Shown one piece after another: positions 35,722-45,400 of a stretch of 64,000 nt of DNA. Origin of the DNA: Gelidibacter sp. (GTDB lineage: Bacteria; Bacteroidota; Bacteroidia; Flavobacteriales; Flavobacteriaceae); the NCBI GenBank assembly GCA_041391965.1, contig JAWKMZ010000003.1, positions 68,102-132,101 of the forward strand, in the 5' to 3' direction. Numbering within the stretch: the stretch's first letter is position 1; each line of letters starts with the position of its first letter. Position numbers and translations under genes: made by a program. The notes below the pieces were generated by a model, which did no database searches, had not been told where the DNA came from, and was given only the letters and a program-made list of their open reading frames with translations.

Positions 35722-36267
35722 ATGAAAATTGCACTATATTTTTTGTTTCTTGCCTCTGCGACTGTTTTTTCGCAAGCCAAATACATTACTAAATCTGGAC
35801 AGGTAAATTTTGAAGCTTCTGTGCCTTCGTTTGAGGAGGTTGCTGCTAAAAATAATTCTGTTACTGCTATTCTTGATAGTAATACTGGAGAATTTGCTGC
35901 ATTGGCATTTATTAATGCTTTTAAATTTAAAAACGCTCTGATGGAAGAGCATTTTAATGAAAATTATGCTGAATCCCGTATGTATCCAAAGGCTATTTTT
36001 AAAGGTCAAATAGATGATTTTCAGTTTGATAACCTAAGTGGCTCTGAAACTAAAAGAGCAATTACAGGAACACTAACATTTCATGGTGTTACAAAAGCCA
36101 TAAAAACTATTGAAGTAACACTAATACTAAAGGATGGCATTCTATCAATGTCTGGAAAAATGAGTGTATATCCAAAAGACTATAATATTAAAATTCCTAA
36201 AATTGTAGCCAATAAAATAGCCAATAAAGTTACTGTTGAATTTTATTTTGAATTAGTACAACAATAA
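35722..36267 (+). CDS. YceI-family (polyisoprenoid-binding, lipocalin-like) periplasmic protein
   Basis: 181 aa with a signal peptide. SGQVNFEASVPSFEEV..., NALMEEHFNENYAESRMYPKAIFKG and TGTLTFHGVTKAI are the characteristic YceI blocks. Confidence 0.8.
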   Translation: MKIALYFLFLASATVFSQAKYITKSGQVNFEASVPSFEEVAAKNNSVTAILDSNTGEFAALAFINAFKFKNALMEEHFNENYAESRMYPKAIFKGQIDDFQFDNLSGSETKRAITGTLTFHGVTKAIKTIEVTLILKDGILSMSGKMSVYPKDYNIKIPKIVANKIANKVTVEFYFELVQQ

Positions 36268-36336
36268 ATTTACACTCAGTGTTATAATTGTCTTCAAAGC
36301 AGTAATTACTTTAGTTGTATTGAAGATTTTAATTTT

Positions 36337-37557
36337 TTAAAAATGAGACTTTTTACAAAGCATTCCTATTTTTTCGTTTTTTAAATTGGTTGTAAAAAAC
36401 AAATAGGTGCTTCCTCCATCCTTAATATTTAGTTTTTTTCGAATTTGCTGAACCGATTCTGGAAAATTTCTTACGGTTATATTAGCCTTTTTTATGCCAA
36501 AATACTTCAAAGCTTTTTTGTTATATAAAAAAACGGTTTCTATTTCAAAACAGCGTCCTGGGAAATCTATAAACACATCGCTTGTATATAAATGTGAGTG
36601 TTTATGTAGTTTTTTGACATTAAAAGTCTGTGTGATGGAATCAAATCCACCAGATTTTAAAATAGCAGCATTAGGTTCAAATAAATAGGCAAGTGGCTCA
36701 CTAAAATCGGATTCTGAATTAGCCTCTTGCGTTAAATAAAAGTCAAATTTTTCGATGGCTTCACTTTTGATATTAGCCGTTTTAATTTCTATGTCGCCTT
36801 TAAAATTGTTTTCTAAAACCCAAAGGAGTTCTTTAACCTCATTATTTACAGCAACAACATGAATGCTTTTTACATGATTTAATTCATTAATGCCTACTGA
36901 AAAATCTAATAAAGGCGATGTTTTTATAAGGATATTGTTTGAGTGTGCAAACAAATCATCTAAATACTCAGGAACGTTTGGTAAACAATCTTTTAAGAAA
37001 AATACTTTGCCTTTAGAGTCATGTCTTCGTGATGGATCAATATAAATCCAATCAAATGTTGCCTTATGATTTAATATAAAAGCGATACCATCAACCGCTA
37101 AAGTTTGAATATTTGAAACGTTAAGTTGCTGATAATTATGAGCTGCTATTTGAGAAAGCTCAGGATTCAACTCGCAATGTGTGACATTATCAAAATGCTT
37201 AGAAAAGTAGAATGCATCTACTCCAAAACCACCTGTAGTATCAATAACCGTTTTTCCAGAAATTAAATTTGCTTTATAAGCTGCGGTAAGTTCAGAAGAT
37301 GTTTGCTCAATATTGAGCTTGTTTGGATAATAAATATTGGATGCAGTAAACCATGCTGGCAACTTCTTTTGGCAGCGTTTTTTGGCTTCAATTTGCTCTG
37401 CAAGTTCTTGTATTGTAACGTTATCAAAAGGTGTACCTTTTAATAGCAATGAAGTAATTTCAAAATTTATATTTTTTTTTATAAAATTTTGAATATCAAC
37501 ATTTAATATATTTTTATTCAAAGTAATACTATAATCCTTTTGTGAGTTTTTGAACAA
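36337..37557 (-). CDS. Class I SAM-dependent methyltransferase with C-terminal THUMP-like domain
   Basis: 406 aa. Motif I VIDTTGGFGVDAFYFS, and D-loop IYIDPSRR. Its start overlaps the upstream gene by 29 nt, so the true start may be further downstream. Confidence 0.7.
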   Translation of the reverse strand: MFKNSQKDYSITLNKNILNVDIQNFIKKNINFEITSLLLKGTPFDNVTIQELAEQIEAKKRCQKKLPAWFTASNIYYPNKLNIEQTSSELTAAYKANLISGKTVIDTTGGFGVDAFYFSKHFDNVTHCELNPELSQIAAHNYQQLNVSNIQTLAVDGIAFILNHKATFDWIYIDPSRRHDSKGKVFFLKDCLPNVPEYLDDLFAHSNNILIKTSPLLDFSVGINELNHVKSIHVVAVNNEVKELLWVLENNFKGDIEIKTANIKSEAIEKFDFYLTQEANSESDFSEPLAYLFEPNAAILKSGGFDSITQTFNVKKLHKHSHLYTSDVFIDFPGRCFEIETVFLYNKKALKYFGIKKANITVRNFPESVQQIRKKLNIKDGGSTYLFFTTNLKNEKIGMLCKKSHF

Positions 37558-38617
37558 CCTTATATTCTGATAAAAACTCTTTTAAAATGACTTTGATGAC
37601 TGTATAAGTTGGAATCGCTATAATCATTCCCATAACTCCAAACAATATGCCTGCAATGATAATTACCAGAAAAATTTCTAAAGGATGTGATTTTACACTT
37701 TTTGAAAAAATAATAGGCTGACTTACAAAATTGTCAATAAGCTGCCCAATAGCTAACACAATTACAACACCAATTACCTTATTGACAACCACGTCATTAA
37801 AAGTAGCTCCTAAATTGCTGGTAAGTGTTAAGGTTAGCATCAAAATGGCTCCAATAAGTGGACCAACATAAGGAATAAGGTTGAGCAATGCACATAAAAA
37901 AGCTATTACAACAGCATTGTCAACGCCAACAATGAGTAAACCAATAGTATAAATGACAAAAATGATAAGAATTTGAAAGATAAGACCTATAAAATAACGT
38001 GAGAGTAAATCGGAAATTTTTGAAATCACTTTTTTAGTTGCAGTTTCATTTTTTTGCGGAATAAACGCCATAATCCCATTTTGAAATAAGCTGGAATCTT
38101 TTAAAAAGAAAAACGAAATAAATAAAACCGACATAAGGCCTATACTAAAACTTCCAAAACCAGACAAAACACTGTTCAGAAAATTAGGGATTAATGCCAA
38201 ATCTAATTTTGATAATAGTTTTGATTCTTTTAAAGATTGCTCAACATCTATGTGGTTGACGCTAAAATAATGCGTTAGGTTTATATATAAATCTTCAATA
38301 TTAGTTTGCAGTTGGTCTATGTTTAAAAGTGATAAATTATGTCCTTGTTCTGTAATTAAAGGAATAAACATACCAATTAATCCTACCAAAAAACCAACCA
38401 AAAACAGCATAGTAACTACTACAGCAAGGGTGTTATTAAATTTTAATTTGCGCCGCAAAAACCTAACAATAGGTTTGCCAATAAGCGATACCACAGCAGC
38501 AATGGCAATATAAACAATAACAGATTGGATTTTGTAAAGAAAAAAAAGCACTAAAAGAATAGCAAGTATAATGCCTACTGCACGCAAAATTCCGTTAGCA
38601 ATTAGTTTTGAATTCAT
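37529..38617 (-). CDS. AI-2E family (PerM/UPF0118) transporter
   Basis: 362 aa, about 8 TM helices. Characteristic LLNLIPYVGPLIGAI block. Confidence 0.8.
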   Translation of the reverse strand: MNSKLIANGILRAVGIILAILLVLFFLYKIQSVIVYIAIAAVVSLIGKPIVRFLRRKLKFNNTLAVVVTMLFLVGFLVGLIGMFIPLITEQGHNLSLLNIDQLQTNIEDLYINLTHYFSVNHIDVEQSLKESKLLSKLDLALIPNFLNSVLSGFGSFSIGLMSVLFISFFFLKDSSLFQNGIMAFIPQKNETATKKVISKISDLLSRYFIGLIFQILIIFVIYTIGLLIVGVDNAVVIAFLCALLNLIPYVGPLIGAILMLTLTLTSNLGATFNDVVVNKVIGVVIVLAIGQLIDNFVSQPIIFSKSVKSHPLEIFLVIIIAGILFGVMGMIIAIPTYTVIKVILKEFLSEYKVVQKLTKGL

Positions 38618-38659
38618 CCTGTAAATATAATAGATTTATTTGTGCTGTAAATAAAGAAA

Positions 38660-39163
38660 TTATAAAGACAGCTGTTTTGTGATTTCGTATAAGGCAACAG
38701 TAGTGGCTTGCACGACATTCATACTGCTATTTTGTCCATACATATCAATGTGTAGCACAGTGTCTGCTTGTTGCAACACAGCTTCTGAAATGCCAAAATT
38801 TTCATCACCAATAATTAATGCAATAGCTTGTGATTTATTAAACGTATGATTTTGAATAGATTGGCTGTTAGTCGTGATTTCTAAAGCAACAATATGATAT
38901 CCATTGGTTTTAAGTGATTTAATAACTTCTGAAATATCAGAATGCATCTCATAATTGACATATTTTTCTGTAGCACGTGATGTTTTTGTCATCTTTCGGC
39001 CTAAAGATATATTAGCACCACAAAACACCAATTTTTCAACACCAAAGGCATCGGCAGTTCTAAATAAACTTCCGAGGTTAGGAGCGTTGGTAACGTGATC
39101 ACAAACCAAAGTAATCAAAAATTTTTGCTTTTTAAATGGTGATGTATTGTGAGAGAGTTGCAT
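38660..39163 (-). CDS. TrmH/SpoU-family RNA 2'-O-methyltransferase
   Basis: 167 aa. SpoU motifs NLGSLFRTADAFGV, LIIGDENFGIS, SMNVVQATTVALYE. Confidence 0.8.
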   Translation of the reverse strand: MQLSHNTSPFKKQKFLITLVCDHVTNAPNLGSLFRTADAFGVEKLVFCGANISLGRKMTKTSRATEKYVNYEMHSDISEVIKSLKTNGYHIVALEITTNSQSIQNHTFNKSQAIALIIGDENFGISEAVLQQADTVLHIDMYGQNSSMNVVQATTVALYEITKQLSL

Positions 39164-39210
39164 CTGATAGTTTGCTATAAATCGAATTTTAAAAATAAAT
39201 CTTATAAAGA

Positions 39211-39855
39211 TTAGTGTTCAAAAACGTATTTAACAATATTAGCACCCATTTTAAGTGCTTTTTCTCTAATTTCCCAAGGGTCGTTATGTACTTCTTCGTC
39301 TTCCCAACCATCACCTAAATCACATTCATAAGTAAAAAGTAACACCAATCTGCCTTTGTAAAAAAGTCCAAAAGCCTGAGCGCGTTTGCCATTGTGCTCG
39401 TGTATTTTTGGTAAACCTTCAGGAAACTTATAGGCTTCAGAAAAAATAGGATGAGTTTTTGGAAGCTCAATCAACTCTTGGTCAGGAAATATTTTTTTGA
39501 GTTCTTTATTCAAATAAGGTTGCATGCCATAATTATCATCAATGTGCAAAAAACCTCCAGACATAAGATAGTTTCTAAGATTTTCAGCTTCAGTATCACT
39601 AAAAAAAACATTGCCATGTCCTGTCATATGAACAAATGGATACTGAAAAATATCGGAACTTCCTGGTTCTACAACTTGGGTTTTTGGGTTAATTTTGGTA
39701 TTGATGTTGGCATTGCAATAGCTTACCAAATTAGGCAAAGACGTTGGGTTGGCATACCAATCGCCACCACCTTTGTACTTTAAAAGCGCGATTTCTTGTG
39801 AAAATGAGACACAAGATAAAATGCAAAAGACAAAAGAGAAAATAATTTTTTTCAT
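39211..39855 (-). CDS. DUF4159-type secreted protein
   Basis: Signal peptide MKKIIFSFVFCILSCVSFSQ (start ATG 39855, 1 nt after the rsmE stop). Blocks LKYKGGGDWYANPTSLPNL and GGFLHIDDNYG, as I remember them for DUF4159 proteins. Confidence 0.65.
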   Translation of the reverse strand: MKKIIFSFVFCILSCVSFSQEIALLKYKGGGDWYANPTSLPNLVSYCNANINTKINPKTQVVEPGSSDIFQYPFVHMTGHGNVFFSDTEAENLRNYLMSGGFLHIDDNYGMQPYLNKELKKIFPDQELIELPKTHPIFSEAYKFPEGLPKIHEHNGKRAQAFGLFYKGRLVLLFTYECDLGDGWEDEEVHNDPWEIREKALKMGANIVKYVFEH

Positions 39856-39856
39856 G

Positions 39857-40561
39857 CTATTCATTTACAAAGGCAACGCTATGACAAGCAACTATGGCTG
39901 CGGTTTCTGTTCGCAATCGGGTTGTTCCCAAAGTTACAGGAATAAAATTATTTTTAATGGCTGTTTCAATTTCTTTAACACTAAAATCGCCTTCTGGACC
40001 AATTAAAACAGTGATATTTTGATGCGCTTTTAATTCGTTTTTTAAAGATTTTTTATCCGTTTCTTCGCAATGTGCTATAAATTTTTGCCCAATAAATGAC
40101 TGTTCTATAAACTTTTGAAATGCTATTGGTTCATTTAAAGTTGGCAAATGACACTGCAACGATTGTTTCATAGCTGCTTGTATGATTTTTTCAAATCGGT
40201 CTGTTTTAACAACTTTGCGCTCGCTATGGCTACAAATAATAGGAGTGATGCTGTCAATACCAATTTCGGTTGCTTTTTCTAAAAACCATTCGTATCTATC
40301 GTTCATTTTTGTTGGAGCAACAGCCAAATGCAAATGATAGTTGTGCTTCGGTTGAAGTGTTTTGGATGTTATATTTGCCAAACAATTTTTGATGTCTGCA
40401 AGCGTAATTTCTGCAATAAAAAGAAATCCCTTACCATTTGTAATATATAATGTGTCGCCCACATTTTTGCGTAAAACCTTGACAATATGTTTGCTTTCTT
40501 CTTTGTCAAATGTAATTTGAGTAGTGGTTTCGGCAATATGTGGATTGTAAAAAAGCTGCAT
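39857..40561 (-). CDS. rsmE: 16S rRNA (uracil1498-N3)-methyltransferase
   Basis: 234 aa. N-terminal PUA-like part (HIVKVLRKNVGD) and C-terminal SPOUT blocks VLIGPEGDFSVKEIE and LGTTRLRTETAAI. Confidence 0.85.
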   Translation of the reverse strand: MQLFYNPHIAETTTQITFDKEESKHIVKVLRKNVGDTLYITNGKGFLFIAEITLADIKNCLANITSKTLQPKHNYHLHLAVAPTKMNDRYEWFLEKATEIGIDSITPIICSHSERKVVKTDRFEKIIQAAMKQSLQCHLPTLNEPIAFQKFIEQSFIGQKFIAHCEETDKKSLKNELKAHQNITVLIGPEGDFSVKEIETAIKNNFIPVTLGTTRLRTETAAIVACHSVAFVNE

Positions 40562-41196
40562 TAATTAAGAGGTTCAGTAACTTTTAAGACTTTAATTTCT
40601 TCAATATTTTTAGAATCATAAGTTTTTACAACCACATAATATGCTTGTTTTTCAGGAACATCAACGGTAAAAATAGCATCAATCGTATGAGGCTCCTTTA
40701 TAACTGCTTGTTCAAATTCAGGATTGAGTTCACCAGCTTTAAACCAACCAGTATCACCACCTTTTTTGGCACTTTCGTCCATAGAATAGTTTTTTGCTAA
40801 GGCCTTAAATTGAACGCCTTTATTATATTTGGCAATAATTTCTTGGCGTAATTTTGTGATGTCTTCAATTGATTTTTTAGAACCATCTAAAAACACATAG
40901 CTCACTCTGTAATAAGGGGTTTCATATTTATCAATGACTTTGTAAAACGTTTTATCCACATCAGTTTTAAATATTTTTTTACTGCCAGAACCTAAAGTAA
41001 ACAATGCTTTTGCTAATTGGCTTTTATGTTTTTCTTTATTGAATACCAATAGTTTACCTTGATTATGCTTGTGGTTTTGGATAAATGAGGAGGCTTGGGT
41101 TTCATTTTGAATGGAATCCAATTGTTTTTCAAAATCATTTTGTGCAAAAGTATTAGTTGAAAAACTAAAAAGAACAAAAAGTAAAAGGTAACGCAT
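40561..41196 (-). CDS. Parvulin-type peptidyl-prolyl cis-trans isomerase (secreted)
   Basis: 211 aa with a signal peptide. PpiC block DESAKKGGDTGWFKAGELNPEFEQAV. Stop overlaps the rsmE start by 1 nt. Confidence 0.7.
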   Translation of the reverse strand: MRYLLLFVLFSFSTNTFAQNDFEKQLDSIQNETQASSFIQNHKHNQGKLLVFNKEKHKSQLAKALFTLGSGSKKIFKTDVDKTFYKVIDKYETPYYRVSYVFLDGSKKSIEDITKLRQEIIAKYNKGVQFKALAKNYSMDESAKKGGDTGWFKAGELNPEFEQAVIKEPHTIDAIFTVDVPEKQAYYVVVKTYDSKNIEEIKVLKVTEPLN

Positions 41197-41291
41197 ACAT
41201 TAAGTGGTTTAATGAGATTCAAATTTAAAACGAAAACTGTAGTCTAAAACAGAATTTATTTTAATTTTTTAAGAATTAATTGTTTATAACT

Positions 41292-42314
41292 TTAAAATTT
41301 TAATCGTGCAGAGGCTGAAACACTTGATTCGGCAAAAGTACCTTCTAAATATTTTAGATAACCAACAATTGCTATCATGGCCGCATTATCAGTAGTAAAC
41401 TCAAATTTTGGCACATAGGTGGTCCATCCAAATTTAGCTTCGCCATTTTTTAAAGCATTTCTGATGCCAGAATTTGCCGAAACGCCTCCACCAATAGCAA
41501 TATGATTAATGCCAGTTTGTTTTGAAGCCAATTTTAATTTATCAATCAAAATGCCAATAATAGTGTATTGTATAGAAGCGCAAATGTCATTTAGGTTTTC
41601 TTCAATAAAGTTAGGATTTGCTTTGCTTTCCTTCTGAATAAAATAAAGTATGGCAGTTTTTAATCCTGAAAAGCTAAAATTAAGACCATCCACTTTTGGT
41701 TTGGTAAATTTAAACGCTTTCGGGTTGCCCAATTTTGCGCGTTTGTCAATTTCGGGTCCAGCAGGATAACCAAGCCCAAGAAGTTTTCCGCTTTTATCAA
41801 AGGCTTCGCCAACAGCATCGTCAATGGTTTCGCCAATGACTTCCATATCAAAATAGGTGTTCACTTTTACAATTTGTGTATGGCCACCAGAAATGGTCAT
41901 CGCCAAAAACGGAAAAGGAGGTTTGTTAAAACCATCTTCATCAATAAAATGTGCTAAAATATGCGCTTGCATATGGTTGACATCAATTAGCGGAATATGC
42001 AATCCATAGGCTAAAGATTTTGCAAAGGATGTGCCAACCAATAAAGAACCCATTAAACCAGGACCACGTGTAAACGCAATAGCATTTAATTGTTCTTTAC
42101 TAACGTTAGCTTTTTTAAGTGCTTGGTGCACCACAGGAACAATGTTTTGCTGGTGCGCTCTTGATGCTAATTCTGGCACAACACCACCATAAGCTTCATG
42201 TATTTTTTGGTTTGCAACAACATTGCTCAAAATACGTCCGTTGAGCATTACGGAAGCTGCTGTATCATCACAAGACGATTCAATAGCAAGAATATATATA
42301 TTTTGTGAAGCCAT
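41292..42314 (-). CDS. tsaD: tRNA N6-adenosine threonylcarbamoyltransferase
   Basis: 340 aa. ILAIESSCDDTAAS, metal-binding HMQAHI...H and GGGVSAN blocks of the Kae1/TsaD family. Confidence 0.9.
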   Translation of the reverse strand: MASQNIYILAIESSCDDTAASVMLNGRILSNVVANQKIHEAYGGVVPELASRAHQQNIVPVVHQALKKANVSKEQLNAIAFTRGPGLMGSLLVGTSFAKSLAYGLHIPLIDVNHMQAHILAHFIDEDGFNKPPFPFLAMTISGGHTQIVKVNTYFDMEVIGETIDDAVGEAFDKSGKLLGLGYPAGPEIDKRAKLGNPKAFKFTKPKVDGLNFSFSGLKTAILYFIQKESKANPNFIEENLNDICASIQYTIIGILIDKLKLASKQTGINHIAIGGGVSANSGIRNALKNGEAKFGWTTYVPKFEFTTDNAAMIAIVGYLKYLEGTFAESSVSASARLKF

Positions 42315-42420
42315 TAGTAAAAATTAGGCACAATAATTGTTAATTTTGGCTTCAAAGTTATAACTTTAAACACGTATCAAAAAATTTTTAAAAATAGTAT
42401 CTAAAATTGCAGCAATTATT

Positions 42421-45400
42421 TTGCTGCTTTTCATCATTTTGGTGTTGGTACTCTCTATTCCTGCAGTTCAAACTTATCTTGGCAAAAAAGCTACCAAGCG
42501 TATTAATGACGATTTTGGAACTCATATTTATATTGGTAAAGTGGGTTTACAGTTTAATGGCGATGTAGAACTCAAAAATATTTACATTGAAGATTATAAA
42601 AAAGATACACTCATTGGTATTGATGAACTTAACACTTCTATTTTAAATTTTAAGAATTTGGTCAATAGCAAATTAGCCTTTGGTGATATTGATATTGAAG
42701 GGTTGACGTTTAATATCAGAACTTATAAAGGTGCTGACGAAACCAATTTAGATGTTTTTGTGGCTAAATTTGATGAAGACAATCCAAGGAAACATAAAAG
42801 CGATTTTTTATTATCGTCCAGCGACGTGTCAATTTATGGTGGCACTTTTAGAATGATTGATGATAATAAAGAAACTCCAAAAATTATTGAGTTTAGTAAA
42901 TTAAATCTTAACGCAACCAACTTTTTGATTGATGGAAGTGATGTAAGTGCTCGCATCAACACCTTTGCTTTTAAGGACAGTAGAGGTTTGGAAGTTAAAA
43001 ATATGGTCACCAATTTTGAATATACGTTAGACCACATGAGTTTTAAGGATTTGAGCCTAAAAACTCCCAATTCGATATTAAAAGGCGAGGTTACGTTTAA
43101 ATACAAGCGTGAAGATTTAAAACAGTTTACCGATAAAGTAGAAGTAGTTGCCAATTTTAAAGATTCGGATGTTTTATTGGACGAACTCAATACCTTTTAT
43201 AATGAGTTTGGTGTCAACCAACATGCCAAATTGAGTGTTCATCTTACAGGAACACTTAACAACTTACAGGCTAACAACTTAAAATTGAACACCAATGGAC
43301 AAACTAAAATTTATGGTGACATCAATTTTAAAAACTTATTTAATACCAAAGAAAACAACTTTTCAATGCAAGGTAATTTTGATAATTTGTCCTCAAATTA
43401 TTTTGAATTAAAAGCACTCTTGCCAAATGTTTTGGGCGAATCTATACCAAGTATTTTTTCAAAATTAGGCAGCTTCAAAATTAACGGAACTACCTATATT
43501 ACAGCAACAACCATTGATGCTAATTTGAAGATTAATACAGAGCTTGGTCATATTGACTCTAACCTAAGTATGCAACGTATTGATGACATTGATAATGCAA
43601 GTTATAAAGGAAATGTAGTGTTTGACAGTTTTGATATTGGTCAACTTTTAAATGATCCAATGGTTAAAGAAACCTCGTTTAATGTAGATGTAGATGGAAA
43701 AGGGTTCACTTTAAAAAACCTTAAAACCAATGTACAAGGACAGGTGTTTTCTATAAATTATAACAATTATAATTATCAAGACATTACTATTTCTGGTAAA
43801 CTTGGTAATAATGTGTTTAATGGGTTGTTGGTGTCAAACGATCAAAATTTTAAATTCAAATTTAACGGTTTGGCAGATATGTCAAAAGACATAAAAACCA
43901 TGGATTTTACGGCAGATGTTGCATATGCCAATTTAAGAGCACTCAACTTTATTAAAAAAGACAGCATCTCAGTGTTTAAAGGCAATGTTACCATGTCTAT
44001 GAAAGGGAAAGGTATTGATGATGCTTTTGGTACGTTGAATTTTAAAAACACAACCTATATTAATCAAAATGACGAGTATTATTTTGAAGATTTTGATATA
44101 ACCTCAAAATTTGATGGCAAAAAAAGAGTCATTGAAGTCAACTCGCCAGATATTATTGAAGGAACTGTAAGTGGTATTTTTAAATTTGAAGATATTGGTA
44201 AATTGGTCGAAAATTCAGTTGGTAGTATTTACACCAATTATGTGCCTCATAAAATAGAAACCAATCAATACCTCGATTTTAACTTTACTATTTACAACAA
44301 AATTGTTGAAGTATTTTATCATAAATTAGAATTAGGCGCAAACACCTTTGTAAAAGGACGAATTGAAAGTGACGAAAGTGGATTTAATCTAACTTTCAAA
44401 TCGCCAAAAATAAAACTATTCAATTATTTTGCTAACGACATTCAGGTTAAGATTGACAATAGCAATCCATTGTTTAACACCTATGTTCAAATAGATTCAC
44501 TAAACACCAAATACTATAATGTATCCAAATTTAACCTTATTAATGTGACGGTTAGAGATACACTTTTTATAAAATCGGAATTTAATGGTGGTAAGGCCAA
44601 CAAAGATAATTTTAACCTGAGTTTGTTTTACACTATTGATAAAAACAACAAATCGGTTATTGGGTTTAAAAAATCGGACATTACTTTTAAAGACAACACA
44701 TGGACCATTAATGAAGATAAAAACAGGTTAAACAAGGTGGCTTTTGACCGAGATTTTAAAGAATTTGATATTTCAAACTTATTGATGAGTCATGCTGAAG
44801 AAGAAATTGAACTTTCAGGAACTGTAAGAGATTCAACCTATAAAGACATCAAACTTAATTTTAAAGATGTCGATTTAACCAAAATCACACCAACATTAGA
44901 CAGCATGACTTTTGCAGGAACAGTTAATGGTAAACTGGACATATTGCAGCAAAATGGCATCTATTTACCAAATTCAAAAGTTACTATTGCCAATTTTAAA
45001 TTTAATGAACATCATTTAGGAAACCTCAAAGCAGATGTTGTTGGTAACGAATCGCTAACAAATTACAAGGTCGATTTGTTACTTCAGAATGACAATTTAA
45101 AATCGTTAGACGCAAAGGGCACTATTGATGTGAGCAATGCCAATTCTTATATTGATTTGGATATTGCTTTTGATGAGTTTTTGCTCAATCCATTAAATGT
45201 GTTTGGAAAAGATGTTATTACCAACATAAGAGGTTACACCTCCGGAAACGTAAAAGTTACAGGAAGTCTTAAAAAACCTAATATAAATGGCGATTTAATC
45301 CTTAATAATGCAGGTCTTACCATTCCATATCTCAATGTTGATTATGCTTTTGATTTTGATTCTGAAGTCAAACTTCAAGACCAAAAATTTATTTTTAACG

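Noticed and set aside
36291-36326. Possible terminator after the YceI gene (tcttcaa ... ttgaaga, 7-bp stem)
   Set aside because: The loop is 22 nt and the stem is A/T-rich, too weak to call as a feature, although some termination signal must exist between these convergent genes.
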